Shown piece after piece: positions 1 through 8,964 of a stretch of DNA of 56,700 nt. Below the pieces are notes generated by a model, which saw nothing but the letters and a program-made list of their open reading frames with translations, was not told where the DNA came from and searched no databases. The first letter of the stretch is position 1, and every line of letters begins with the position of its first letter. The DNA is from Candidatus Bipolaricaulia bacterium (GTDB taxonomy: Bacteria; Bipolaricaulota; Bipolaricaulia; UBA7950; UBA9294): positions 1-56,700 of the forward strand of contig JBARQW010000108.1 of assembly GCA_049643905.1 (NCBI GenBank), read 5' to 3'. The translations under genes and the position numbers were made by a program.

Positions 1-55
1 GATGCGGCGCGCGACCAGCGAGTTCGTGTGGTCGGATCTCAAGGAGGGAATCATC

Positions 56-1357
56 GTGAGGACACGGATCATCTCAAAGGCTGGCTGGGCTCTGCTCGTG
101 ACTCTTCTTCTCGCAGGGATCGCGTACACCTGCCCACCAGGAAGCATCGCAGGGACCGGCGACATGGTCATGACGCCGTTCGGCCCGGTCATCGTCGAAT
201 CGTGCGTGACGGAATCCGGCGGGACAACAACATTCACGTATCAGATCACAAGCGTGGCCCGCGGCCCCCTTGGGCTGTGTGGATTCCAGATCCCGGGCCT
301 CGGGGCGTTTACGACCACGAGCACCTCGGAGCCCCTCGGGCTCACTGGATCGATCACAGAGGCCTCAGGCTGCGCGACGTGGTGGATTTGGAAGGGATCG
401 GGCACGGAGATCCTTCCCGGAGGGCTAGCCACGTTCTCCATCTCCGTGGACGCGCCAGCAACGCCGACGACCCGAGAAGCCTTCCTGACGTTCTGCGATG
501 GAACGAAGGAGTCCGTCGACGTCCTCGCGCCGTCCGCGTGCGCCGACATCACCGACGATCCATACGCGGGCTGCTTCTGCGGGGAAGGCTCCCTGCCCTG
601 CGAATCGACCGAATCGTTCGAAGGAGAAGGGACTCGGATCAACATGCTCGGCCTCGATCGGCAGGTGCTGGCCGTTTGCTCTGCCAGCTGGGTCCGTCAC
701 GGATGGAGCTTCGGGATCGAAGACGTCGACCGCTATGACTTCTCCCTCGACATCGACGGTGTGCCGGTCGACCTCAAACAACGCATCTTCTGCGTCCCCG
801 GGGAGATTGCCGGCGGAGCCCACCTTGCATCCCAATGGTTCGTTCAGTTCCCGCCAGAGTACTTCGAGGCCGGAAGGATGTACGGGTTCGTCGCCAGCTG
901 GCTGGACTACGGCGCGGGACCGGCAGTCTCAGTCATCTTCTCACGTCGCGTCGAAGTTCAGGTTCTCCCGTGTCTCGTCCCGGTGCCGCTGCCTCCGCTC
1001 TCGCCCCTCTTGCCGGATCTCGTCGTCGAGATCGGAGAGCTTGCGTGCGAGTGCGCATGGACGCCGCAGCAGAAGCTGGAGTGCAGGCTCAGCATCCCGG
1101 TCCTCGTAACCAACGAAGGCGAGCGTGCGTCCAAGAAGACGAGCCTGCGCGTCGCCGTCGAACGGGACACAACGGTGAGGTCGATCCCTGAGCTTGCGCC
1201 GTCGGAGGAGTTCGAGCTGACGATCAAGGCCACGGTGGAAGCGGATCCAGGTCTCACCGGGCCCTGTTCGCTGGAAGTCGAGGCCGAAGTCGACTTCTCT
1301 CACGTCGTCGAGGAATCGAACGAGGAGAACAACACCGACACCGCGTGCTGCCAGTAG
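56..1357 (+). CDS. Secreted Cys-rich hypothetical protein with a C-terminal CARDB-like domain
   Basis: AGGAGG at 42-47 lies 8 nt before GTG at 56; the ORF is also open from ATG at 2. N-terminal hydrophobic segment 'WALLVTLLLAGIAY'. C-terminal 'LPDLVV...VLVTNEGERASKKTSLRV...SEEFELTIKATVEA...SNEENNT' resembles a CARDB fold. High GC3. Confidence 0.6.
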   Translation: MRTRIISKAGWALLVTLLLAGIAYTCPPGSIAGTGDMVMTPFGPVIVESCVTESGGTTTFTYQITSVARGPLGLCGFQIPGLGAFTTTSTSEPLGLTGSITEASGCATWWIWKGSGTEILPGGLATFSISVDAPATPTTREAFLTFCDGTKESVDVLAPSACADITDDPYAGCFCGEGSLPCESTESFEGEGTRINMLGLDRQVLAVCSASWVRHGWSFGIEDVDRYDFSLDIDGVPVDLKQRIFCVPGEIAGGAHLASQWFVQFPPEYFEAGRMYGFVASWLDYGAGPAVSVIFSRRVEVQVLPCLVPVPLPPLSPLLPDLVVEIGELACECAWTPQQKLECRLSIPVLVTNEGERASKKTSLRVAVERDTTVRSIPELAPSEEFELTIKATVEADPGLTGPCSLEVEAEVDFSHVVEESNEENNTDTACCQ

Positions 1358-1377
1358 TCACCACACGATCAAACGTG

Positions 1378-1409
1378 ACACGCGCAGGCGGGCGGGCGCC
1401 TGCGCGTGT
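1378..1409. terminator. Perfect 13-bp GC-rich hairpin 21 nt after the stop of the 56..1357 gene
   Basis: ACACGCGCAGGCG (1378-1390), loop ggcggg, CGCCTGCGCGTGT (1397-1409). The downstream tract is C/T-rich, not a clean U-run. Confidence 0.5.
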
Positions 1410-1580
1410 TCCCCTCACCGTTCTCCCCACCGGGAGTTCGGTGTCATGTTCGAATCCAGAAGAAGATGGCACCCCGAGCTTTGACCTTCGACGGCATGTC
1501 TCATGCCTTCACCCCGGCGAGATGTGATCTCGCTTTCGCGTCTCGGGTTGTCGGCCCGGGGTACCGCCTGGAGTGTGACC

Positions 1581-1609
1581 AATCTAACAGATTGTCGGCT
1601 CTTTGTCAA
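1581..1609 (-). promoter_or_regulatory. Near-consensus sigma70-type promoter with no annotated gene downstream
   Basis: The minus strand reads TTGACA (1609-1604), a 17-nt spacer, then TAGATT (1586-1581). It sits in a locally AT-richer patch of a 410-nt convergent spacer. Confidence 0.4.
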
Positions 1610-1766
1610 GTCTTGGCTTCTCCCAGTGGCTCTACGCGCGCGGTAATCTGCTATAGATGTCGACTGAGGGCCATTGGCGGCCAGATGTTACCCGTGGTTG
1701 GATGACGCGCCTCGATGTCACACAACCGTCGACCAGCGCCGAAGCGATAGCACCTCGGATCGGGAC

Positions 1767-2984
1767 CTAACGGGCGTTGCCGAGCAGGCGGAGTGCGATG
1801 CCGCGGTAGACGTCGACGGCCCGTTCGAGCTGAGCGATCTCGACGTGGTCGCGGGGGCCGTGCGCGTTGGCGATATCTCCAGGGCCGAGGACGATCGTCT
1901 GGATCCCGTGGTCGGCGAGATGACTCCCGTCGGTCCAGTAGGTGACGCCAATGGCTGCTGGCGACTCTTCAGAGCCGTCAGCGGCGAGTGCTGAAGCGGC
2001 CAAGGCCGCTTCAGCAAGGGGTGAATTCCCCGACGTTTCGAGCGGCGTGTGCGGAACGGCCGACGTCATAGGCATCTCGACGACGTCGAAGGCGAGCCCC
2101 TCCACTCCGCCGCAGACCGACTCAACGATCGATCGAAGCTCTGCGAGCGGGTCGTTGTCGCCGGGAACCATGCGACGATCGATGTCGATCTCGCAACCCT
2201 CGGCGACGATGTTCGGCTGCGTGCCTCCGCAGACGCGGCCGACGCTGACGGTCGAGGAGCCGAGGAGCGGATGCGTTCTTCTCACGAGCCTCGGCCGCAG
2301 CTCTTCCTCGAGGGCACTGACGATCTTGGCCGCGTACGAGACGGCCGAGACGCCCTCTTCGGGACAGCTTCCGTGAGCGCCCCGGCCCCTAAGCGTCACG
2401 CGGGCGAAGCAGGCCCCCTTGTGCGCGAGGGCCACGCGGAGGTTTGTCGGTTCGCCGACGACGGCGTAGTCGGTCCGGATCCCGCCGTCGACAACCGCCT
2501 TGACCCCGAGTCCGCCCGTCTCCTCGTCGACCGTCCCGACGAAGACCAGATCGCCACTCAATCGCGACGAGCCAAGATGCCCCTGCGGAGCGGAGCTCCG
2601 CGTAAGCGCCTTGTCGCAATGGAGCGTCGCCATGGCGACGCACATTGCGGCTATGGCCCCTTTCATATCACACGCCCCGCGCCCCCATAGCAGATCACCG
2701 TCGACCCGCGGCGAGAACGCGTCGGCCATGTCGCCGGACGGGACGGTGTCCATGTGGCCGCAGAGCATCAGGCTCGGCCCGTCGCCTCCGGGGATCCGCG
2801 CAATCACGTTCGATCGGCCATCGACTGCCGGTTGAAGCTGCGCCTGGATTCCGCGTTCTGTGAACCAGTCAACGAGGAACCTGGCGATCTCGGCCTCGCG
2901 CCCATCGCAGAGGCGGTGGCTCTCGATCGCGATCAGCTGCCTTGTCAGTTCGAGGACGTCGGATCGATGCGCGTCAGGTCCCAA
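1767..2984 (-). CDS. M20 family metallopeptidase (ArgE/DapE/CPG2-like deacylase)
   Basis: 'LTRQLIAIES', 'NVIARIPGG..PSLMLCGHMDTVP', 'GRGACDMKG', 'VDEETGG'. TTG start 3 nt after the stop of the upstream acyl-CoA synthetase. Confidence 0.85.
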   Translation of the reverse strand: MGPDAHRSDVLELTRQLIAIESHRLCDGREAEIARFLVDWFTERGIQAQLQPAVDGRSNVIARIPGGDGPSLMLCGHMDTVPSGDMADAFSPRVDGDLLWGRGACDMKGAIAAMCVAMATLHCDKALTRSSAPQGHLGSSRLSGDLVFVGTVDEETGGLGVKAVVDGGIRTDYAVVGEPTNLRVALAHKGACFARVTLRGRGAHGSCPEEGVSAVSYAAKIVSALEEELRPRLVRRTHPLLGSSTVSVGRVCGGTQPNIVAEGCEIDIDRRMVPGDNDPLAELRSIVESVCGGVEGLAFDVVEMPMTSAVPHTPLETSGNSPLAEAALAASALAADGSEESPAAIGVTYWTDGSHLADHGIQTIVLGPGDIANAHGPRDHVEIAQLERAVDVYRGIALRLLGNAR

Positions 2985-2987
2985 GGT

Positions 2988-4613
2988 TCACTTCTTCTTC
3001 GACGGCGCGAGCTTCATCATTTCGCCCGCATCGAACGCCGCCTGCGCGATCTCGCGCAGCTTGAACTTCTGGATCTTGCCCGACTGAGTCATCGGGAACT
3101 CACTGACGATGACGACGTAGCGAGGCACCTTGAAGTTCGCGATCTCACCAGCGCAGTAGTCGACGATCTCCTGCGGATCGATCGTCTCTCCCTTTCGGGG
3201 GATGATGTAGGCAGCGGCGGCCTCACCGAAGACATCGTCTGCGACGCCGATCACCGACACGTTCTGAACCTTCGGATGGGTGAACAGGTACTCCTCGATC
3301 TCGGCCGGATAGACATTGAACCCACCCGAAATCAGCATGTCCTTCTTCCTGCCCACGATCTGAACGTAGCCTTCGTCGTCGATCGTCGCCAGGTCTCCGG
3401 AGTAGAGCCAACCCTCGTTGTCGATCGCTTGGGCCGTCGCCTCGGGGCTCCGGTAGTAGCCGATCATCACGTTGTATCCTCGGCAGGCGAGCTCACCCAT
3501 CTCGCCGTTCGGGACCGGGTTGTGATCGTCGGCGGCGATCTTGACCTCAATGTCGTCCAGCGCTCGGCCGACTGTTTCCACACGCCGCTCGATCGAGTCG
3601 TCGAAGCGCGTCATCGTGATGACGGGCGACGCTTCCGTCAGTCCGTAGGCGATCGAGACGTTGCATCCAAGCTCGTTCATCGTCCCGCGCATCACTTCCA
3701 CTGGGCACGGCGCTCCGGCCATGATCCCGGTCCGCAGGCTCGAGACATCGAACTTCGACCCGTCCTCTCTCTCCTTCCGCGCCTCTTCGAGCTCGAGGAC
3801 GAACATCGTCGGAACTCCGTAGAGAACGCTCACCCGGAATCGCTCGACGAGTTCGAGGGCCTCGGCCGGCTTGAAGACCTGCATCGGGACCATCGCCGCG
3901 CCCCATGCGATCGCGCCGGCGACGCCCAGCACACATCCGAAGCAATGGAAGAACGGAACCGCGAGCAGGAAGACGTCCTCCTCGGTCGCATGCAGGATCT
4001 CGGTGACCTGCTCGGCGTTTCTGGCGATGTTGTGATGCGAGAGCATCGCGCCCTTCGGGCTTCCGGTCGTTCCCGAGGTGTACAGGATGAAGACGTTGTC
4101 GCCCGGATCGCAGGTCGCCTCCCGCTCTGCAAGCTTCCCGTCGTCGACGTGTCCGGTCCCCAGACGGACAACCTCCTGATACGACGTTGCCGCTCCGCCC
4201 GCTTCACCCACAATCACGACGTGCTTCAGATTCGGCAGGTTTGGCTGGATCTCCGCGATCATCTCGAGGTAGTTGATTCGCGCGAACGCGTCGACGGCGA
4301 TCAGCGCCGTTGCTTCGGAGTCCTTGAGGATGTACTCGACCTCGTGCGTCTTGTAGCGCGTGTTCATCGGCACGACGACCGCGCCGATTCGTGCGACGGC
4401 GTAGTAGGCGACGACCCATTCCGGGATGTTCGGCATCCAGAGGCCGATCTTGTCGCCCTTCCCGGCTCCGAGTTCGAGCAGACCCCGAGCGAATCGATCG
4501 ACACCATCATTCAAGTCGGCGTAGGAGAAGGTCGCGCCGCTCGGATCGAGGATTGCGTTTCGCGCCGGGAAGCGTTCGGCGGTCTCGCGCAGGACCTGGG
4601 AGAGCGTTTTCAT
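2988..4613 (-). CDS. AMP-dependent acyl-CoA synthetase/ligase
   Basis: AMP-binding signature 'YTSGTTGSPKGAMLSHHNI'. Also 'GYGLTE'-like 'AYGLTEASP', 'YSGDLATIDDEGYVQIVGRKKDMLISGGFNVYPAEIE' and a C-terminal 'SGKIQKFKLRE'. Confidence 0.9.
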   Translation of the reverse strand: MKTLSQVLRETAERFPARNAILDPSGATFSYADLNDGVDRFARGLLELGAGKGDKIGLWMPNIPEWVVAYYAVARIGAVVVPMNTRYKTHEVEYILKDSEATALIAVDAFARINYLEMIAEIQPNLPNLKHVVIVGEAGGAATSYQEVVRLGTGHVDDGKLAEREATCDPGDNVFILYTSGTTGSPKGAMLSHHNIARNAEQVTEILHATEEDVFLLAVPFFHCFGCVLGVAGAIAWGAAMVPMQVFKPAEALELVERFRVSVLYGVPTMFVLELEEARKEREDGSKFDVSSLRTGIMAGAPCPVEVMRGTMNELGCNVSIAYGLTEASPVITMTRFDDSIERRVETVGRALDDIEVKIAADDHNPVPNGEMGELACRGYNVMIGYYRSPEATAQAIDNEGWLYSGDLATIDDEGYVQIVGRKKDMLISGGFNVYPAEIEEYLFTHPKVQNVSVIGVADDVFGEAAAAYIIPRKGETIDPQEIVDYCAGEIANFKVPRYVVIVSEFPMTQSGKIQKFKLREIAQAAFDAGEMMKLAPSKKK

Positions 4614-4734
4614 CGATTCACCTCATGATCTGGGATACGGGTGGATGGCTCGATTATCCTGAACAGAATTGAACAACGCAAGCTGGCGAACCGCCCGAAC
4701 GCGGGTAGAATCGGACGCGTCAAGGGGGGCTCCA

Positions 4735-6612
4735 ATGAAGGCCACATTCGGAAAGTACGTGGACGTGAACCTCTCGACCGGTGCGATCACCGACTACCCA
4801 ATCCCCACGGATTGGCTAGAACGATTCATCGGAGGGAAGGGAGTCGCTTCCCGGCTCCTCATCGAGGATCTCCCGGAGCACGTGGACGCGTTCGGAGAGG
4901 AGAACATCCTCGTCTTCGCAACCGGCCCGTTCCAAGGAACCGGCCTCGTCGGCGCAGGCCGCCACGCGGTTCTCGCCGTCTCTCCCAAGACGGGTCGAGT
5001 GGCAGACACGTATGCCGGTGGATTCTTCGGCCACGAGCTCGGACGTAGCGGCTACGACGGGATCCTCGTTCGCGGAATCTCGGACCAACCCGTCGTCCTC
5101 GCGCTGATCGACGGTGAAGCGAGTCTCGTTCCGGCCGACGACCTGTGGGGATCAGGAACAGGCGAGACGGAGCAAGCCCTGACATCGCGCTTCCCGGGAG
5201 CCAAGGTCAGCTCGATCGGCATCGCGGGAGAGAGGCTCGTCTCCCAATCCTGCATCATCAACGATCGGTCTCGGGCGTCCGGAAGACCCGGCTTCGGCGC
5301 GGTGATGGGCGCCAAGCGACTGAAGGCGGTCGTCGTTCGTGGCCATGAAGAGAAGACGCTGCACGATGCCGGTCGATTCGCGACCGAGCGCAGCGAGTAC
5401 TTGAAGACGTTCACTGAGGATGAGGGGTTCAAGGAATTCGGTGAGTACGGCACGTCGAGCGGCGTCACGGCCCTCTCCGAGATGGGGATCCTGCCGACGA
5501 AGAACTTCCAGGAAGGCGTCTTCGACGATGCGGAGGCGATCGGCGGCCGCCGCATGCACGACACGATCCTCGTCGATCGCGACACGTGCGCCGGATGTCC
5601 CGTGCGATGCAAGCGCGCTGTGAAAACGACGTTCGCCGGCCTTGAGGTCCTTCCCGAGTTCGGCGGACCGGAGTACGAGACGCTCGGCGCCTTCGGCTCC
5701 CTCTGCCTCAATGCGGATCTCGATGCCATCGCGCTCGCCAATCAGCTCTGCAACGATCACGGCCTCGACACGATCTCGGCCGGCACGACGATCGCATTCC
5801 TGATGGAGGCCTCGGAGAAGGGCTTGATCGATGAGGAGATCGCATGGGGCGACGCGAACGCCATCGTCCGCCTCGTTGAACAGATCGCGAAGCGCGAGGG
5901 GATCGGCGATCGAGTGGCCGATGGGCTCGACGCGTTCGCCCGCGAGATCGGCGCCGACTTCGCGATGACGATCAAGGGTGTCGAGCTCCCGATGCACGAG
6001 CCTCGCGGCAAGCAGGGACTCGGCATCAGCTACGCGACGACGCCACGCGGCGCGAATCACATGGAAGGGCTACATGACACGATGATCGCCAGTGGAACGA
6101 CGAACGAGGAACTCGGCGTGGACAAGGCCTACAGCCCGCTCACGCTGAAGGACAAGCCGCGGCTGGCGAAGGCGTTTGAGGATGTCCGCTCGTTCGACAA
6201 CTCCCTCGTGGTCTGTTGTTTCACCAGCCGGTCGCTGGGAGAGAACTACAGTTACCCGCGCATCCGATCGCTCCTCGAGGCCGCGTCCGGTCTTCGGATC
6301 GACGCAGCCGGGATGATGCACGTCGGGGAACGCGCGCAGGCCGCTTTGCGAATCCTATCGGGCCGCGAAGGCCATCGGATCGAGGATGACGGCCTTCCAA
6401 CCCGCTTCTCGAAAGGCCTCCCTCGAGGCGGCAGCGCCGATCACCCGATCGACCCGGACGACATGCGCCTCGCGATTGCCGACTACTACGCGCTTCGAGG
6501 CTACGATCGATTCGGCCCGACAGACGAGACGCTCCGCCGCCTCGACATGGACGATTGCGTCGGGCGAATCGATCGTGACGGCGACGGCGGCGCCAAGGGC
6601 GACGAACTATGA
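4735..6612 (+). CDS. aor: Aldehyde:ferredoxin oxidoreductase (tungsten/molybdopterin AOR family)
   Basis: 'MKATFGKYVDVNLSTG...ERFIGGKGVASRLL' is a typical AOR N-terminus. Fe-S/pterin region 'DRDTCAGCPVRCKR' and 'YATTPRGANHMEG'. ATG at 4735 is preceded by AAGGGGGG; the track ORF start at 4669 looks over-extended. Confidence 0.9.
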   Translation: MKATFGKYVDVNLSTGAITDYPIPTDWLERFIGGKGVASRLLIEDLPEHVDAFGEENILVFATGPFQGTGLVGAGRHAVLAVSPKTGRVADTYAGGFFGHELGRSGYDGILVRGISDQPVVLALIDGEASLVPADDLWGSGTGETEQALTSRFPGAKVSSIGIAGERLVSQSCIINDRSRASGRPGFGAVMGAKRLKAVVVRGHEEKTLHDAGRFATERSEYLKTFTEDEGFKEFGEYGTSSGVTALSEMGILPTKNFQEGVFDDAEAIGGRRMHDTILVDRDTCAGCPVRCKRAVKTTFAGLEVLPEFGGPEYETLGAFGSLCLNADLDAIALANQLCNDHGLDTISAGTTIAFLMEASEKGLIDEEIAWGDANAIVRLVEQIAKREGIGDRVADGLDAFAREIGADFAMTIKGVELPMHEPRGKQGLGISYATTPRGANHMEGLHDTMIASGTTNEELGVDKAYSPLTLKDKPRLAKAFEDVRSFDNSLVVCCFTSRSLGENYSYPRIRSLLEAASGLRIDAAGMMHVGERAQAALRILSGREGHRIEDDGLPTRFSKGLPRGGSADHPIDPDDMRLAIADYYALRGYDRFGPTDETLRRLDMDDCVGRIDRDGDGGAKGDEL

Positions 6613-7115
6613 TCCCGGCCGTCTCACTCATCGGACACCACGACAGTGGGAAGACCCAGCTGATCGCAGACTTGCTTCCAATCCTTGTGGCACGCGGACT
6701 TCGCGTCGCCACGGTGAAGAACTCTCCGCACATCGCGAATCTGGATACTCCAGGCTCGGACAGCGCACGCCACTTCGCCGCCGGAGCCAGCCGCGTCCTC
6801 CTCAGGGGCGAGGGCGTCTCGGCCCTGTTCTGGCCGCACGGCGATGCTTCGCTCGTTGACGAGATCGACCGACTCTTCACCGACGTCGACCTTGTTCTGG
6901 TCGAGGGCGGCAAGTTGAGTCCCTATCCGAAGATCGAGATCTTCCGCCGCGGCAGCGATCTGAACCGAGAGCCGTTGGCCGGCGAGATCGACGTCGCGGC
7001 CGTCATCACCGATGATCGCGTGGCCCTCCCCGATCGGCTCGACGTTTTCGCAACTCGGGAACTAGAGAAGATCGCCGATTTCGTCGAGGCGCTTGCCTTC
7101 GACCAAGCGCAGTAG
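6609..7115 (+). CDS. mobB: Molybdopterin-guanine dinucleotide biosynthesis adaptor MobB
   Basis: P-loop 'SLIGHHDSGKTQL' and 'VATVKNSPH'. ATGA overlap with the aor stop (6609-6612). Confidence 0.85.
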   Translation: MIPAVSLIGHHDSGKTQLIADLLPILVARGLRVATVKNSPHIANLDTPGSDSARHFAAGASRVLLRGEGVSALFWPHGDASLVDEIDRLFTDVDLVLVEGGKLSPYPKIEIFRRGSDLNREPLAGEIDVAAVITDDRVALPDRLDVFATRELEKIADFVEALAFDQAQ

Positions 7116-7160
7116 CCGGCGATTGCGTCCCCCATCCGTGTGTGGTACTCTGGCACGGCC

Positions 7161-8153
7161 ATGAAACCGGTTTCCCTTGCGGACAAAACGCTGCACGCCA
7201 CCTCGACACTCTTCCTCGTGCAGGCGCGATCGGACCGCGTTCGTGAGGGGCGGCAGCTGGCCGCACAACGGGTCGGCGAGACGGAGCGCGACCACGCCCT
7301 CGCTCGCCGTGGGGCGCATCCCGACGTCATAGAACTCTCACCGATCGATGGAAAGGAAAGGGTCGGGATCGACCAGGTTCGCGACGCGATTCGTGCGGCG
7401 CAGTTTTCGCCTGTTCAAGGGGAACGCAAGGTCTGTCTGATCCCGTCGGCGGAGGCCCTGACGCCCGAAGCGGCGAACGCTCTTCTGAAGACGCTGGAGG
7501 AACCCCCAAGGGAGATGGCGTTCGTCCTTCTCGCAGCACACACGACCGATCTTCTGCCGACCATCGTCTCGCGAAGTCGCATCGTTCGGCTCCCATCCGC
7601 CGACCAGGATGTTCACGCCGATCGGTTGCGCGAGCGCGGATACACCGATGCCGAAGCTCGCTGGTTGGTCACGTTCGCCGATCGTGATGGAGAGATCGAA
7701 CGGTTCCTGGAGGAAGTGGTCGACCTTCCGGCGCTCCGCCTTACGGCACAGGAGAAGGCTGGAGCGATGGAAACCGGCGACCTGGTCGCCGCCTGCATTG
7801 CGGGGGAGTCGGTCCTGCGACGCGGAGCACTCTGCGCGCTGATGGAGCGCGCAGCAAGCCGCGATGTCAGCCTCCTGACAGAGGGCGTGCGCACGCTCGC
7901 TTCGCAGGCGCGGGAGACTCTGTTCGCGTTTCTTCAGGACCTTCTCAGCGTCTGCTTCTGGAGCGCGCGCGCTGCCGAGGAGCCGCGGTCCGGCACGGTG
8001 GAAGCGGATTCGTCAACGCGAATCGGAGCCGAGACACTCCGTGCCGCCTGTGTCTCGATCGACCAGGCGCATCGCGCGCTGTCCGTCTACAGCCCGGCCG
8101 AGGCGATCCTTCTCTCGCTCTTCTTGTCGATCGGAGGCTCTGATGGCGGGTGA
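7161..8153 (+). CDS. holB: DNA polymerase III delta-prime subunit
   Basis: 'HPDVIELSP...IGIDQVRD', 'KVCLIPSAEALTPEAANALLKTLEEPP', 'LLPTIVSRSRIVRL'. The Walker A motif is degenerate, as is typical for delta-prime. Confidence 0.8.
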   Translation: MKPVSLADKTLHATSTLFLVQARSDRVREGRQLAAQRVGETERDHALARRGAHPDVIELSPIDGKERVGIDQVRDAIRAAQFSPVQGERKVCLIPSAEALTPEAANALLKTLEEPPREMAFVLLAAHTTDLLPTIVSRSRIVRLPSADQDVHADRLRERGYTDAEARWLVTFADRDGEIERFLEEVVDLPALRLTAQEKAGAMETGDLVAACIAGESVLRRGALCALMERAASRDVSLLTEGVRTLASQARETLFAFLQDLLSVCFWSARAAEEPRSGTVEADSSTRIGAETLRAACVSIDQAHRALSVYSPAEAILLSLFLSIGGSDGG

Positions 8154-8964
8154 TCGTGTCATTCTCGTCCGGATTCTGAATCTCGAGCGCGAGACGACCT
8201 ACTTCAACGCAGATGCCCTCGCCGTGCAAGACGGGGACCAATGCGTCGTCGATCATAGCGGCCTCAGGCTCGGGGTGATGATCAGCGAACTCGCGACCGG
8301 CGCGGGGCTTGGTGATCAACTCGACCGCGTTGTTCGTAGCGCCACGGATCGAGACATCGAGTCCCACCGGTACAATCAAGCCGACGCCGAGCGAACCCTC
8401 TCATCGACTCGAGAGGTCATCACGCGACACAAGCTGCCGATGCACTTGGTCGCCGCCGAGTACACCCTCGATCGGAAGAAGCTTCGCATCTACTTCACCG
8501 CACCTCACCGCGTCGACTTCCGTGCACTCCTCCGCGACCTCGCCGGTCGCTTCGGAACGCGGATCGAGCTTCGTCAGATGGGCGCTCGCGACGAGGCCCG
8601 ACTGAAGGGTGGAATCGGCCGCTGTGGCCTACTCATCTGCTGCCATCGGTATCTGCGAGAACCGAAGCCGATACGGATGGAACTCGCCTACGACCAGGAG
8701 CTGTTCGTCTCTCCGGAGCGGATCACGGGCGTCTGCGGCCGCTTGATGTGCTGCCTCGCCTACGAACACGAGACCTACAAGTGCGAGCTGGCCAAGCTCC
8801 CGGAGCTCGGAGCGTTCGTGACGTGGAACGATCAGAAGGGGAAGGTCATCTCCCACAACATCTTCCGCCAGACGGTCACTGTGCTCACCGATGCCCGCGA
8901 GCGACTCGAACTCGCCGCGGACGAGGTTACGGTCGTCCGTCAGGGGAAGCGGCGGAAACGCTGA
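8143..8964 (+). CDS. ricT: PSP1-domain protein (RicT/YaaT family)
   Basis: 'AAEYTLDRKKLRIYFTAPHRVDFRALLRDLAGRFGTRIELRQMGARDEA', 'CGLLICCH', 'GVCGRLMCCLAYE'. ATG at 8143 follows GGAGG and overlaps the holB stop. holB-yaaT is a conserved pair, as in Bacillus. Confidence 0.85.
   Translation: MAGDRVILVRILNLERETTYFNADALAVQDGDQCVVDHSGLRLGVMISELATGAGLGDQLDRVVRSATDRDIESHRYNQADAERTLSSTREVITRHKLPMHLVAAEYTLDRKKLRIYFTAPHRVDFRALLRDLAGRFGTRIELRQMGARDEARLKGGIGRCGLLICCHRYLREPKPIRMELAYDQELFVSPERITGVCGRLMCCLAYEHETYKCELAKLPELGAFVTWNDQKGKVISHNIFRQTVTVLTDARERLELAADEVTVVRQGKRRKR

Noticed and set aside
1441-1460. GTTCGAATCC string suggestive of a tRNA T-loop
   Set aside because: The flanking bases cannot form a T-stem (tcatg/ccaga), and no acceptor or anticodon arms can be drawn. 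It is not a tRNA.
2754-4628. 624-aa plus-strand ORF
   Set aside because: It is antisense to the well-supported acyl-CoA synthetase. The translation is Arg/Asp/His-rich with no motifs, which is the typical shadow ORF of a high-GC gene.
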